DNA of 64,000 nucleotides from Polyangiales bacterium (GCA_965214225.1 OZ243942.1:1227774-1291773); one strand, 5' to 3'. Numbered from the stretch's first letter, positions 20,832 to 31,128 are shown. The notes: generated by a model from the sequence alone, not told the origin. A program made the numbers and translations.

Positions 20832-21860
20832 CTAGTTAGTTTGACTCGTGCGGTCTTTGTCAGCCGCGCCACCCTCCAGGGTGAGCTGCCGGAAAACCTC
20901 TTCAAGGTTTCGCTCTTGGCTCTTGAGCCCCACAACGACTCCGCCGCCCTCACTGACGGCGCGCGAAAGACCTGCACGCAGGTCGCGGGTGTCGCTCGGC
21001 GTCACTTCAATCAGAAGCTCTTCACCCTCAGCAGGCAAACTTGTGACGCTTTCAACACCAGTAAAGTTACGCAATCGACTGACGATATCCTGCTCCACAG
21101 CACCCTTGTCGCCGCTCTCGATGAGAACACTGACCACGGTCTTCGTCTTCCCCGCTTGCTGCGTTAGCGTCTGCGTTGCTGCGTCTGCTACCAGCTGCCC
21201 CTTCGAGATGATGAGTACGCGGTCACAGGTAGCCTGCACTTCGGCCAGATTGTGGGTCGACAGGATCACAGTACGCTCGCGGCCAATCTCGCGGATGAGC
21301 TCCCGGATCTCAACTGCCTGGTTGGGATCAAGGCCGCTCATCGGCTCATCGAGGATCAAAAGCGGGGGCTCGTGAATCAAGGCCTGCGCCAATCCCACGC
21401 GCTGACGGTAGCCCTTGGAGAGTGCCCGTATTTCCTTGCCGTAGACTTCACGCAAACCGGTCTGCTCCACCACGCGGCGCACCCGCGCCTGCACGTCGTC
21501 GGACCCGATGCCCCGCATCCTTGCCACAAACTCGAGATACTCCGCGACGAACATTTCGGTGTAAAGCGGGGTGTGTTCGGGCAGATAACCGATGGCTCGT
21601 CTCACCTCGAGAGAGCTCTCAAAGATGTCGTGTCCATTGATTCTTGCTGAACCCTCAGTCGGAGAAATAAAGCAAGTGAGCATCTTCATCGTGGTCGTCT
21701 TGCCAGCACCATTGGGTCCCAGAAAACCGACGACCTCGCCACGGTTGACCTCAAAGCTCACAGCGCTGACGGCTCGCGAGGGCCCGTAGCTCTTGCTCAA
21801 CTTGATGGCTTGTATCATTGCTTCGGCCATAAACATCTCCTCGCCTGGTGCTTCTGCCAA
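20832..21860 (-). CDS. ABC transporter ATP-binding protein (GldA-like)
   Basis: GFLGPNGAGKTT, LSKGYRQRVGLAQAL, ILDEP, STH; probable start 21836 or 21830. Confidence 0.95.
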   Translation of the reverse strand: MAEAPGEEMFMAEAMIQAIKLSKSYGPSRAVSAVSFEVNRGEVVGFLGPNGAGKTTTMKMLTCFISPTEGSARINGHDIFESSLEVRRAIGYLPEHTPLYTEMFVAEYLEFVARMRGIGSDDVQARVRRVVEQTGLREVYGKEIRALSKGYRQRVGLAQALIHEPPLLILDEPMSGLDPNQAVEIRELIREIGRERTVILSTHNLAEVQATCDRVLIISKGQLVADAATQTLTQQAGKTKTVVSVLIESGDKGAVEQDIVSRLRNFTGVESVTSLPAEGEELLIEVTPSDTRDLRAGLSRAVSEGGGVVVGLKSQERNLEEVFRQLTLEGGAADKDRTSQTN

Positions 21861-22191
21861 AGACCCTCAGCATTTCAAGAACGGCCTCACTCTTTCAAGA
21901 GCAGGAACAGGAAGCAGAAGCGTGGTGAACGTATAATTGCGTGGACGTCTGTCAAGTGATGCACCACCGATTTGGCAAAAGGAGAGCACATTCGAAGCCT
22001 GCGCAGTTGCAAAGGCCCATCGGCTTTCGATCGGGGCCTTCGAGGAGGCTGTGCATGCGCGTGCTGTGTATATCGAGAGCTGAGATAGCAGGAGACGCAG
22101 TCGACGGTAGCTCCACCGGAGCGCACTTTCGCTGCGTGAGGATGGTGTTAAACGAAGGGAGCCAAGTGTACAACCTCCTCGGGGAGCGTGT

Positions 22192-22222
22192 CTTCCTGGT
22201 CCGAAAGCCACGCACCAGTTAC
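22192..22222. repeat. Short REP-like repeat family 2, copy 3 (abuts the hslU stop)
   Basis: CTTCCTGGTCCGAAAGCCACGCACCAGTTAC. Confidence 0.7.
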
Positions 22223-22224
22223 GT

Positions 22225-23688
22225 CTAAAGAATATATTGCGCTGCGTTCTCGTCGGCCATAATCGCTTCGAGGGTCTTCTCAACGTACTCGCCACTAATC
22301 CTCATCGCCGCGTTCTTCTTATCCGGGGCATCGAAGGACACCTCATCGAGTAAGGCTTCCAGTATGGTGTGCAAGCGGCGCGCGCCGATGTTTTCTGCCC
22401 GCTGATTTGCGCCCGCAGCAATCTCGGCGATGCTCTCAATGGCGTCTTCGGTGAACGAAAGCTTCATACCTTCAGTTGCGAGTAAGGCTTCATATTGTCG
22501 GGTCAGCGCATTCTGTGGCTCCGTTAGAATACGAACGAAATCGCCCTTCTCTAGCGAATCAAGTTCAACGCGGATCGGAAACCGGCCCTGAAGCTCAGGG
22601 ATGAGGTCGGAAACTTTGGCAACGTGAAACGCACCTGCCGCGATAAACAGCATGTGGTCCGTTTTTACGGGTCCATAGCGGGTGTTAACAGTGGAGCCTT
22701 CCACGATGGGCAGTAGGTCGCGCTGCACGCCTTCCCTGGACACATCGGGTCCCGAAGTTGAAGTTTGCCTCCCTGCCACCTTGTCGATCTCGTCCAAGAA
22801 GACGATGCCGCTTTGCTCCGTGCGAAGTACCGCCTCGCGTTGAATGCGCTCCATGTCCAGACGCTTCTGTGCCTCATCGGCTTCCAGCAGCCGAAGAGCC
22901 TCGGGCACTTTGACGCGTCGTCGCTTGGTCCGACCTCGGAAACCCGGCATCTGGCTCAGCATCTCCCGTAGGTTCAGCTCCATCTCCTCCATGCCCTGGC
23001 CTCCAAACACAGTCATCGAGGGCGAAAGCTGCTCCGGAACCTCAAGCTCGACCTCTTTTTCGTCAAGCTCTCCCTCACGCAGCTGGCGACGGAGCTCGGC
23101 GAGGTCTGCTTCGTCTGAGCTGCTCTGCCGTATCGAGCCATCTCCCGACACCACAAAGGGCCCGAGTTGCTCCGTGCGTGATGCTGAACGCTGCTCGCCC
23201 TCCTCTAGTAGTTCGACAAGCTGCCTCTCAGCCGCGTTCGCTGCATTGATTTTTACGCGCTCAAGCTCCTCTTTTCGTACCATCTGAACAGCGAGCTCAG
23301 TGAGGTCACGAACGACCGACTCGACGTCCCGACCCATGTACCCGACCTCGGTGAACTTGCTGGCCTCCACCTTGATGAAAGGTGCTTGCGCCAACTTCGC
23401 CAAGCGTCGCGCGATCTCCGTCTTTCCCACGCCTGTGGGTCCGATCATGATGATGTTCTTCGGCGCGATCTCCTCACGAAGCTCCGGCGCCACTTGCTGC
23501 CGTCTCCACCGGTTTCGAAGGGCAATGGAAACAGCACGTTTCGCCTTCTTCTGACCAATGATAAACCTATCCAGCTCGGCAACTATTTCACGCGGTGTGA
23601 GATTCTGCCGATCAGCCACTGCACCCTCACCTGGTGACCCAGGGTCGGTGGTGGCCGCATCGGTGGGCAGCTGGTTCTCCTCAGGCAT
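22225..23688 (-). CDS. hslU: ATP-dependent protease ATPase subunit HslU
   Basis: [59 protein letters not shown]. Confidence 0.98.
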   Translation of the reverse strand: MPEENQLPTDAATTDPGSPGEGAVADRQNLTPREIVAELDRFIIGQKKAKRAVSIALRNRWRRQQVAPELREEIAPKNIIMIGPTGVGKTEIARRLAKLAQAPFIKVEASKFTEVGYMGRDVESVVRDLTELAVQMVRKEELERVKINAANAAERQLVELLEEGEQRSASRTEQLGPFVVSGDGSIRQSSSDEADLAELRRQLREGELDEKEVELEVPEQLSPSMTVFGGQGMEEMELNLREMLSQMPGFRGRTKRRRVKVPEALRLLEADEAQKRLDMERIQREAVLRTEQSGIVFLDEIDKVAGRQTSTSGPDVSREGVQRDLLPIVEGSTVNTRYGPVKTDHMLFIAAGAFHVAKVSDLIPELQGRFPIRVELDSLEKGDFVRILTEPQNALTRQYEALLATEGMKLSFTEDAIESIAEIAAGANQRAENIGARRLHTILEALLDEVSFDAPDKKNAAMRISGEYVEKTLEAIMADENAAQYIL

Positions 23689-24244
23689 CACCCAGCTCCT
23701 GCACACTGACGGACTTATTGGTATAGACGCATATATCCGCGGCTATGCTCAAAGCCTCTCGGGCGACGTCCGCCGCTGGAAGCTCTGTATATTTTACTAG
23801 AGCTTTGGCTGCCGCGAGCGCAAAAGGTCCGCCGGAACCAATCGCGATGACGTCGTCGTCAGGTTCGATGACGTCACCATTGCCGGTTAAAAGCAGCGTT
23901 GTCGTTGTGTCCATAGCTATCATCATGGCCTCAAGTTTCCGCAGGTAGCGATCGGTCCGCCAGTCTTTTGCTAACTCAACCGCCGCACGGGTTAGACCGA
24001 AGCGGTGCTCCCGGATTTTGGCCTCGAATCGATCGAGTAGAGCGAATGCGTCCGCCGTTGCACCCGCAAATCCTACCACCACTCTCCCGTCTGCCAACAG
24101 CCGGACCTTCCGTGCACCTTCCTTGATCACGGTTTGTCCGAGCGATACCTGACCGTCTCCAGCCATAGCGGCTCGTCCATAGCGCCGAACAGCCACCACG
24201 GTGGTGGCACGGACCCGTTGCGCGCCGAAGTATGCCTCGCCCAC
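23681..24244 (-). CDS. hslV: ATP-dependent protease peptidase subunit HslV
   Basis: TTVVAVRR...[34 protein letters not shown]; start placed at GTG 24244 after a GAGGG RBS-like sequence. Confidence 0.96.
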   Translation of the reverse strand: MGEAYFGAQRVRATTVVAVRRYGRAAMAGDGQVSLGQTVIKEGARKVRLLADGRVVVGFAGATADAFALLDRFEAKIREHRFGLTRAAVELAKDWRTDRYLRKLEAMMIAMDTTTTLLLTGNGDVIEPDDDVIAIGSGGPFALAAAKALVKYTELPAADVAREALSIAADICVYTNKSVSVQELGDA

Positions 24245-24462
24245 TGACCCTCGCTTACTAGTTTCTTCAACTTCCAAACGCGGTTTCTTCAACTTCCAAA
24301 CGCGCTGCCCTGAATTTGCACCAAGAGCCGAGCCTCCGCCGAGCGCGCAATGGCCTCGGCGCAGCGTGATGCTATAGCGCACATCACTCAGACGAGCTAA
24401 CCCGGCTGCAGACGTGCCCCGCAGCGCACATCCCTTAGCCTTCCTCCCTGCGAGGAAGATGC

Positions 24463-25524
24463 TTGCTTCAAAAGTGGCGACTGGTAGGTGTAGCGCATGA
24501 ATCGGGCGGAACTCGCATGAATCGGGCGGAACTAGAGCGAGCGCGCCTGCGTACGCTGTCGCTGGTTGTTATTGCATCCGTCATGATCGGCATGGCGCTG
24601 ATGTTTTTGCGGGAGATCGTCGGACCTCTCCTGCTCGCCGTCTTTCTGAGCTTCTCCATCCTCCCACTCGTGGATTGGCTGCAGGTTAAGGTACGCTTAC
24701 CGCGACTTCTCGCGGTGACCGCCGCCATGGCAATCACCATGCTTGGCGCCAGCATCGCAGTCACAGTGATTGCAGCCTCCCTTTACCGCATCGCCGACCG
24801 CGCCGATTTCTACCGCATGCGGCTTATCGAGCTCAGCGCTGATCTGGCAACGGAGCTGACGCAGCGAGGCATTGACGTGGGTCAGTTTGAGTTCGTGGAA
24901 GCGCTCAGTAATGTGCCGGTACTGGAATGGTTTCAGCTTGTTGTGGGTGGCGTCGTCGATTTAGCCGGCACCACCGTGTTGGTGCTGGTCTTCGTGGTTT
25001 ACATGGTGGCCGGACGTCAGCCGCGCGTGCGCCTCCCAGCAGGCTGGGGCGCCTTGGAGCTTACCTCGAGGTCCTACTTTGTAACCAAACTGCTCACTTC
25101 AGTGGTCACAGCCTGCGTCACTGCGATCATCATGCTGGCCTACGACCTTGACATGACGCTGCTTTTCGCCATGCTGACTTTCTTACTGAACTTCATTCCT
25201 GCGGTGGGATCTGTAGTAGCCGTGTTGCTGCCCATCCCGGTTGCGTTGCTCCAGTTTGGCGTGCCCAAAACAGCGATCTTCATCGGTCTACTCACCCTGG
25301 TCCAACAACTGATTGGCAACGTCATCGAACCCAGGATCATGGGACACGACCTGGACCTTCACCCTGTCACGATACTAACTGCTTTGGTGCTTTGGGGCAT
25401 CCTGCTCGGGCCGATCGGCATGCTTCTAAGTGTCCCGTTGACCGTCTGCGTCAAACAGTTTTGTGAGCGCTACGACCTCACGCAGGGCTTTGCCAGCTTG
25501 CTGAGTGGCCGCGTTCGCGTCTAG
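24463..25524 (+). CDS. AI-2E family transporter
   Basis: [42 protein letters not shown]; true start probably at the duplicated ATGAATCGGGCGGAACT near 24517. Confidence 0.92.
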   Translation: MLQKWRLVGVAHESGGTRMNRAELERARLRTLSLVVIASVMIGMALMFLREIVGPLLLAVFLSFSILPLVDWLQVKVRLPRLLAVTAAMAITMLGASIAVTVIAASLYRIADRADFYRMRLIELSADLATELTQRGIDVGQFEFVEALSNVPVLEWFQLVVGGVVDLAGTTVLVLVFVVYMVAGRQPRVRLPAGWGALELTSRSYFVTKLLTSVVTACVTAIIMLAYDLDMTLLFAMLTFLLNFIPAVGSVVAVLLPIPVALLQFGVPKTAIFIGLLTLVQQLIGNVIEPRIMGHDLDLHPVTILTALVLWGILLGPIGMLLSVPLTVCVKQFCERYDLTQGFASLLSGRVRV

Positions 25525-25552
25525 AACTGAGTGGCCGCGTCCGCGTTTAGAA
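25501..25552. repeat. 26-bp duplication of the AI-2E 3' end including the stop codon
   Basis: CTGAGTGGCCGCGTTCGCGTCTAGAA / CTGAGTGGCCGCGTCCGCGTTTAGAA. Confidence 0.9.
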
Positions 25553-25611
25553 GACGTCCCCCCCTCAAGGCACCTCCGCTCACGACACTCCGCTCACGAC
25601 ACCTAGCCTGC

Positions 25612-25642
25612 CTTCCTGGTTGGAAAGCCACTGACCGCTTAC
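25612..25642. repeat. Short REP-like repeat family 2, copy 4
   Basis: CTTCCTGGTTGGAAAGCCACTGACCGCTTAC. Confidence 0.75.
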
Positions 25643-25673
25643 TAGCTGCATTTGCTGCAGCCCCACGCTCACC

Positions 25674-26297
25674 GTGCTAGGAGCCTCCGTCATGACCAAG
25701 AAGGTTTCTCGAGAAACACTGAAGACCTTCACACTCATCTCAACGCTTCAGGTTGTGCTGGGCACGTGTGGCGTTGTGAACTCCGGAGGTGAGCTGGCCG
25801 ACCCGCGCCCGCCAGCCCCAAAGCAGGCACTCCCGGAGTCTCCCACCAATGAGGAAGTCGACCAAGCAATCGCGACGCTGGTGAGTCAGGCGCCTTTTCG
25901 ACCAGCGCTTGTTGTTGCAAAGTTGCTAGTTTCCGGCTTGCTCCTCGTCGCCGGACTGGCATGGACCACTCAACGGATTTCCGCGCCGATGTGGACAGCT
26001 CAGGCCGCCATTGGCAACTTCCTCTGGAGCCTCGCCAGCACTGCTTCGGACGTGGGGCAAACTCTCGCCCACCGAGCGCGGTTCATCACCCTTTTTCGAA
26101 GCCGCGTGGCCTCGCTCTTATCCGACGGCGATGGCACGCCGCTTGGGCATCAGGATGTGAGCGAAATCACGCTTCTAACGAGCTACCTGGGAGGCATCGT
26201 CCTGTTTGGCCTGGTGCGTTGCGGCTTTTACATGTGGCTTTTCTTTCGCGCCCGCAGGGAAGACTTGGTCAACTTGCTAGCCGAGCGGCGCCCGTAA
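25674..26297 (+). CDS. Hypothetical membrane protein
   Basis: 207-aa ORF with 3-4 hydrophobic segments; likely start ATG 25692. Confidence 0.65.
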   Translation: MLGASVMTKKVSRETLKTFTLISTLQVVLGTCGVVNSGGELADPRPPAPKQALPESPTNEEVDQAIATLVSQAPFRPALVVAKLLVSGLLLVAGLAWTTQRISAPMWTAQAAIGNFLWSLASTASDVGQTLAHRARFITLFRSRVASLLSDGDGTPLGHQDVSEITLLTSYLGGIVLFGLVRCGFYMWLFFRARREDLVNLLAERRP

Positions 26298-27162
26298 CCG
26301 CACCCAGGTTGATGGCTCCGATCACCGTGTCAGACTTCTTGAACTCAAAGCGAAGCTTATCCAACGCCCGCGACTCAAGCTGCCTCGCTCGCTCACGCGA
26401 AACGCCCAGACATTGCCCGACTTGCGCCAGCGTCTGAGTGGAATCAAGCAGGTACCGCTGCTTGATCACGAACGCCTCCCGTGGGCTAAGGACAGTGAAA
26501 GCATCGCTAAGCAACTCCGACATCTTCTCCGACCACTCGTCGTTGGCGACTTCCTCGGCTGGCGGCACATCGCCACTCTCCAGCCGGTCGAGGAGCTGCG
26601 TGCCCGGCTCTGGTCCAGACGCTGCCTCCAGTGAAATGTCCGTCCCATCAAGCCGCATGAGCATCTTACTCATCGCTTCGCGACTCACGCCGAAGCGCGC
26701 GGCCATCAGCTTGAGAGACTCTTCCGAGTTACCGTGCAGGCTGGCGATCTTCGCCCGCTCACGGCGTAGCTTGAAGAAGAGCTTTGTTCGAAGCGGACCT
26801 GTTCCGCCGCCGACAGAGGTGTGCGACCGGACGATCAACTGCAACATCATCGCGCGAATCCAATGGTTAGCGTAGGTGGAAAAGCGCGTCCCTTTGCTCA
26901 CGTCGAAGCGTCGAGCGGCAATTAGCAGCGCTAAGTTGCCCTCCGCGACCAGCTCCTGCACTGGTAAGCCATATCGCCGGAAACCCACTGCAACTGCCAC
27001 TACGAAGCCGAGATGCGCCTCCACAAGCTTCTGCATGGCGCGCCCGTCACCGGCTTCCATCCTTACGGCGAGTTCGCGCTCATCCTCAGCGGAGAGCCGA
27101 CGGAACTGTCGAATGTTCCTTGCGTAGTTTTGAAATCTGGATTCATCGTTGGTAAGGGCCAT
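26269..27162 (-). CDS. RNA polymerase sigma factor, RpoH/sigma32-like family
   Basis: LSAEDE..LA, ELVAEGNLALL.AARRFD..KGTRFSTYA.HWIRA, RpoH-box-like KLFFKLRR, TLAQVG..LGVSRERARQLE. Confidence 0.92.
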   Translation of the reverse strand: MALTNDESRFQNYARNIRQFRRLSAEDERELAVRMEAGDGRAMQKLVEAHLGFVVAVAVGFRRYGLPVQELVAEGNLALLIAARRFDVSKGTRFSTYANHWIRAMMLQLIVRSHTSVGGGTGPLRTKLFFKLRRERAKIASLHGNSEESLKLMAARFGVSREAMSKMLMRLDGTDISLEAASGPEPGTQLLDRLESGDVPPAEEVANDEWSEKMSELLSDAFTVLSPREAFVIKQRYLLDSTQTLAQVGQCLGVSRERARQLESRALDKLRFEFKKSDTVIGAINLGAVTGAARLAS

Positions 27163-27283
27163 CCGAGCCACCTTTCCTGTCCACTTATTTTCTATACTAA
27201 AGATAGACACAAAGATACAGTCGTCAACCCACATGTTCAGAAATACCCTGGACAAAAACTGGAAATGCTCAAGAGTCAGTGAG

Positions 27284-28282
27284 ATGATAGTCGGTGAAGA
27301 AACAGACGAAATAGAAGAAGCACATTACCGGATCGGTGCCGTGTCCAATATGACCGGACTGACAACCGACACGATCCGGGCGTGGGAGAAGCGGTACCAA
27401 GCCGTCTCACCTGAACGCACTCCCGGGGGAGGACGCAGCTACAGCGACGAGGATGTCCAGCGTCTGCAGTTGCTGGGCATGCTCACTGAACTCGGCCACT
27501 CTATCGGCAGCCTGGCGAGACTGAGTGATGAGACACTCAGGCGGCGGCTTCAGCACCACCAGCAACAGACAACGCCGCGAACGAACGCAGGCGAAGCGCA
27601 AGGACCTATACGGACTGCAGTGTTGGGTCGCGTGCTCGCACAGTACCTACGTACGCACCGCGCTCAGTGGCCGAGCCTGCAGGTTGAGGTCGCCGCGCAA
27701 ACCGCGGAGGAGCTTACTTCCGCCGAGGCTAACCTCTCCCTCATCTTGCTTGACTTAAAAGCGTGTAAGGACGAGCCAGCCGCGCTCGTAGAATCATTAG
27801 CGCAAAAGCATCCGCGGGTTCCGATTGTTGCCACATATGAGTACGCGACGCGGGATGTGCTTCGGCGACTTGCGCGTGCACGCGTCCAGCTCGTCCGTGG
27901 TCCGCTGCGCATTGCCGACTTACGCCGCACCGTCATAGCGCTCGTACCCAATGCGCGGTCCGTCGCAGACGCAAAGAGCGGCGATGACCGGAGGAAGCAG
28001 TCGCTTCGACAGCGTTTCTCCGACGAGCAGCTCGGCCGCTTATGCGAGATGCACTCGTCGCTAGAGTGCGAGTGCACCAATCACCTGGCGGGCATTGTTC
28101 AGTCGCTGCTGGCGTTCGAACGCTACTCGAGCAACTGCGCCAGCGCCAACGCTGACGATGCCATAGCCCACACCCGTCTTTCACAAGGCACCGCCCGCGC
28201 TCGGGTTCAGGTGGAGGAGCTTCTTCTCTGGGTGTGCGACCGGGATGGCATCGACCCCGCCACACTCGGCGAAGGAGTTTGA
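27284..28282 (+). CDS. MerR-family transcriptional regulator (CarA/CarH/LitR-type HTH, non-B12 Cys/His C-terminal domain)
   Basis: YRIGAVSNMTGLTTDTIRAWEKRY..V.PERT.GG.R.YS; C-terminal CECTNHL...AFERYS.NC; no W-x9-EH / ExHxxG cobalamin motif. Confidence 0.88.
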   Translation: MIVGEETDEIEEAHYRIGAVSNMTGLTTDTIRAWEKRYQAVSPERTPGGGRSYSDEDVQRLQLLGMLTELGHSIGSLARLSDETLRRRLQHHQQQTTPRTNAGEAQGPIRTAVLGRVLAQYLRTHRAQWPSLQVEVAAQTAEELTSAEANLSLILLDLKACKDEPAALVESLAQKHPRVPIVATYEYATRDVLRRLARARVQLVRGPLRIADLRRTVIALVPNARSVADAKSGDDRRKQSLRQRFSDEQLGRLCEMHSSLECECTNHLAGIVQSLLAFERYSSNCASANADDAIAHTRLSQGTARARVQVEELLLWVCDRDGIDPATLGEGV

Positions 28283-28475
28283 ACGACGGACATGCCAACT
28301 GGTTCAAAGAGGCGAGCAGCTTGAATATTCCGGCTACATTGTAGACAGGCAACGTGATCCCACACGGCGAGAGCCGGGCCCAACAGGTGAAAGCTGACCT
28401 TGCTTAGTTGGGCGCTGACCTCGCACTGGAACATCAGGTCCCAGGTGTGCGCCATCTTGAGCGAGGACTGAGAAC

Positions 28476-28600
28476 GGTCCGATGGCAGGTGCTTCGTGAG
28501 CGAACGTATTGGGGGGACCGCTGCGCCCTGGTTTGAATTACGCTGCGCAGTGGTGGGTCCCGCTGAGTGAGCGGCAATGCATCGGCCCGCGGGCCAGCCA
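28476..28600 (+). repeat. Modular structured repeat family 1, locus 2 (core hairpin only)
   Basis: TGAGCGAACGTATTGGGGGGACC ... GGTCCCGCTGAGTGAGCGG. Confidence 0.92.
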
Positions 28601-30060
28601 CAAACCGCGTCACCACGCTCACCCCGCGCCAGTTGGGGTCTCTTTCAACCAACTTGCGATGTGCTTCATCTGCAATGTGGAGTATCAAGGTAGCAGTGCC
28701 TGTAACTACTAGAAGAAGCGAACGCGTCACCTCCGCACGCGAGTTGGCGGCTGACATCCTAGTGGCCGCATTGTCTGGCAGAGGTTTTGTCTCAAGCATG
28801 CTTGATGCGGCCCTTGATGCATCCAACCTGTCCGAGCGCGACCGTGCTCTTGCAACGGAGCTCGTCTACGGCACCTTGCGCACAAGAGACCCGCTTGACC
28901 GGCTTCTCAGCGGCTTATGCAGAAAGCCGCTCAAAAAACTGGAGCCACTAGCCTACGCAGTGCTTCTGGTGGGCTCTTATGAGCTGCTGCACCACCGCGA
29001 AACACCCACACGAGCGGTAATCTTCGAGGCCGTATCGCAGATGAAGCGCCGACGCAATCCTGCACTAGCCAATCTCGTCAACGCGGTCCTACGGCGGATG
29101 GCGGCAGAGACGGCGCAGGCATCCGATGAGCCCACGCCAGATGTCCTCTCCGTTCCCGATTGGCTCGTACAAAGCCTTGTTTCTTCATTGGGTAGGCAGC
29201 GATACGAGACGTTCGTCACTAGCCTATCCCGCACACCTCCTCTGACCTTGCGCACCAACCTGTGGAGGAGCTCGAGGGCCGAGTTGATGGAGATGCTTCG
29301 CCAAGAACTGCAGACCAAAGCCGATTGCCGGAGCAGCGCCATCACCCCCACTGCGGTTTATGTGCGGGGCGCAGGCGACATCCGACGCACCCGGGCGTAC
29401 GCCGACGGATTGCTCAGTGTGCAAGACGAAGCGTCTCAAGTGGTATCTCAGCTGGTGGATGCACAGCCCGGGGAGCGGGTGGCGGACATGTGTGCCGGAC
29501 ACGGAGGCAAGACAGTGTGGTTAGCTCATAAAGTCGCGCCACAGGGACACGTGAGCGCTTTCGATATCCGCAGCGAGAAACTTGAGGCGCTTTCTGCAGA
29601 GCGCCATCGCCTCGGGCTTGCGGAGGATCTCGTCTCCACTGCACGTATGGATCTGCTGCGTGTGGATCTGCTGCGTGACCCGCCGAAAGAACGCTTCGAC
29701 CGGGTATTGGTCGACGCCCCGTGCAGTGGAAGCGGCACGCTGCGCCGCAAGCCGGAGCTCCTCCGCCGCCTGACGCCAGATCGCCTGACGCAGCTTGCAG
29801 ACCAGCAGCTTCACTTGCTCACGCAAGCGGCCCGATGTGTCCGCCCAGGCGGGCTCCTGCTTTACGCAGTCTGTTCGCTCACCGCGGAGGAAGGACTGCA
29901 TGTGGTGCAGCAGTTTGAGCAATCGCACCGCGGCGCGGCGCGCTGTGATTTGCCACACTCGAAGACCGTTCGGCCAGATGCCGATGGACTGATTCGGCTC
30001 GGCCCGTGGGTAGCCGAAGGTATGGATGGTCATCAGCTGGTTGGCTGGCAGGTCAGCTGA
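28567..30060 (+). CDS. rsmB: 16S rRNA m5C methyltransferase RsmB/Sun family with NusB-like N-domain
   Basis: DRALATELVYGTLR, VNAVLR, QDEASQ, DMCAGHGGKT, LVDAPCSGSG, YAVCS; the ORF 5' end overlaps a repeat, so the true start is probably near 28696. Confidence 0.9.
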   Translation: MSGNASARGPATNRVTTLTPRQLGSLSTNLRCASSAMWSIKVAVPVTTRRSERVTSARELAADILVAALSGRGFVSSMLDAALDASNLSERDRALATELVYGTLRTRDPLDRLLSGLCRKPLKKLEPLAYAVLLVGSYELLHHRETPTRAVIFEAVSQMKRRRNPALANLVNAVLRRMAAETAQASDEPTPDVLSVPDWLVQSLVSSLGRQRYETFVTSLSRTPPLTLRTNLWRSSRAELMEMLRQELQTKADCRSSAITPTAVYVRGAGDIRRTRAYADGLLSVQDEASQVVSQLVDAQPGERVADMCAGHGGKTVWLAHKVAPQGHVSAFDIRSEKLEALSAERHRLGLAEDLVSTARMDLLRVDLLRDPPKERFDRVLVDAPCSGSGTLRRKPELLRRLTPDRLTQLADQQLHLLTQAARCVRPGGLLLYAVCSLTAEEGLHVVQQFEQSHRGAARCDLPHSKTVRPDADGLIRLGPWVAEGMDGHQLVGWQVS

Positions 30061-30099
30061 CCGATAGAGCAATCAGCAGACGAATAGGACACCAGTGGT

Positions 30100-30145
30100 T
30101 TGACAACACCAGTGGTTTGACAGGGAAGTCCGGAGATACTACCCT
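30100..30145 (+). promoter_or_regulatory. Sigma70-type promoter of tRNA-Pro with a duplicated -35 box
   Basis: TTGACA (30117-30122), 17-bp spacer, TACCCT (30140-30145), GC-rich discriminator; second TTGACA at 30100-30105 from a 17-bp tandem duplication. Confidence 0.65.
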
Positions 30146-30162
30146 CGGGCGCGACTCAAGAT

Positions 30163-30239
30163 CGGGGCGTGGCGCAGTCTGGTAGCGCGCACGGTTCGGG
30201 ACCGTGAGGCCGGAGGTTCGAATCCTCTCGCCCCGACCA
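30163..30239 (+). tRNA. tRNA-Pro(CGG)
   Basis: CGGGGCG acceptor stem, anticodon arm CACGG-TTCGGGA-CCGTG, GGTTCGAATCC T-loop, encoded CCA; 77 nt. Confidence 0.97.
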
Positions 30240-30434
30240 CTTCTCTCGCCCGGATGCGCACCCACAACTCATCATGCATGCACCCATCCATAATATCCTC
30301 AGCCGGCCCGGACTACCCTTAGCCGGGGCACACTGCAGCCGATGAACTACAGCAACGTTCGGCGCTTACCAGCCGCACCTTCTTTGCCCGCGGCACCTCA
30401 GCGCTTGGCGAGAACATCGAAGTAGGGAGGCTGA

Positions 30435-31043
30435 ATGTCGAGAGCAGTACCCCCAATCAAGGCGCTGGTCGTGGACGATGACCGTGAGATTCGCGATTAC
30501 ATGGAGACCTTCCTCGCCAAGGACGGTTTTGAAGTACGGACGCTAGCGGAGCCGGGCGATGCCGTTGAGGAGGTGCGCGAAGGGGGTTACCACCTCATCG
30601 TGTTGGACCTGATGATGCCAAAGATGGATGGGGTTGAGCTTCTTCGTCGCATCCGACAGGTCGACGATGACGTAGCCGTGGTGATTTTTACGGGCTATCC
30701 CTCCCTGGACACAGCGGTCGAGTCGATGAAGCTTGATGTCGTCGATTACCTTAGAAAGCCCTTCAATCCGGAAGAGTTCCGTCAGGTAGTCGATCGGGTG
30801 ATGCGAAAAAAGGGCCTTCTTCGTTCGCCCGAGGAAAGCCTGCATCGCGTCATCGGAGAGACCATTCGCAATCTGCGCAAAGGTCGTGCGCTCACTCTAA
30901 AGCAAATGGCGCGCAGGACGGGGCTGTCGGTATCGCTTCTTTCTCAGATAGAGCGGGCTGAATCGAGCGCGTCGATCAGCTCCCTCTACAAGGTAGCTTC
31001 CGCGCTTGATGTCCGTATGCAAGAGCTCTTTGGCGAGTTTTAA
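30435..31043 (+). CDS. Response regulator: receiver domain plus XRE-type HTH
   Basis: LVVDDD, DLMMP.MDG, FTG, YLRKP; C-terminal IRNLRK.R.LTLKQMARRTGLSVSLLSQIER. Confidence 0.92.
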   Translation: MSRAVPPIKALVVDDDREIRDYMETFLAKDGFEVRTLAEPGDAVEEVREGGYHLIVLDLMMPKMDGVELLRRIRQVDDDVAVVIFTGYPSLDTAVESMKLDVVDYLRKPFNPEEFRQVVDRVMRKKGLLRSPEESLHRVIGETIRNLRKGRALTLKQMARRTGLSVSLLSQIERAESSASISSLYKVASALDVRMQELFGEF

Positions 31044-31128
31044 GGGCGCGCCTCAAGCATGCCTCGGCAAGGCATCGCGCAGGGCTGCCGCAACACCTCC
31101 ACCCGCACGTGTGGCGCCACGCCGGAAC

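Noticed and set aside
24244-24382. Long N-terminal extension of HslV in the ORF track
   Set aside because: It runs through a 22-bp tandem duplication (24261-24304); the RBS-preceded GTG at 24244 gives a normal short propeptide before the catalytic Thr.
3201-24462. CIRCE or ARG-box operators near dnaK, hslV and the arg genes
   Set aside because: No TTAGCACTC-N9-GAGTGCTAA or convincing ARG box was seen by eye.
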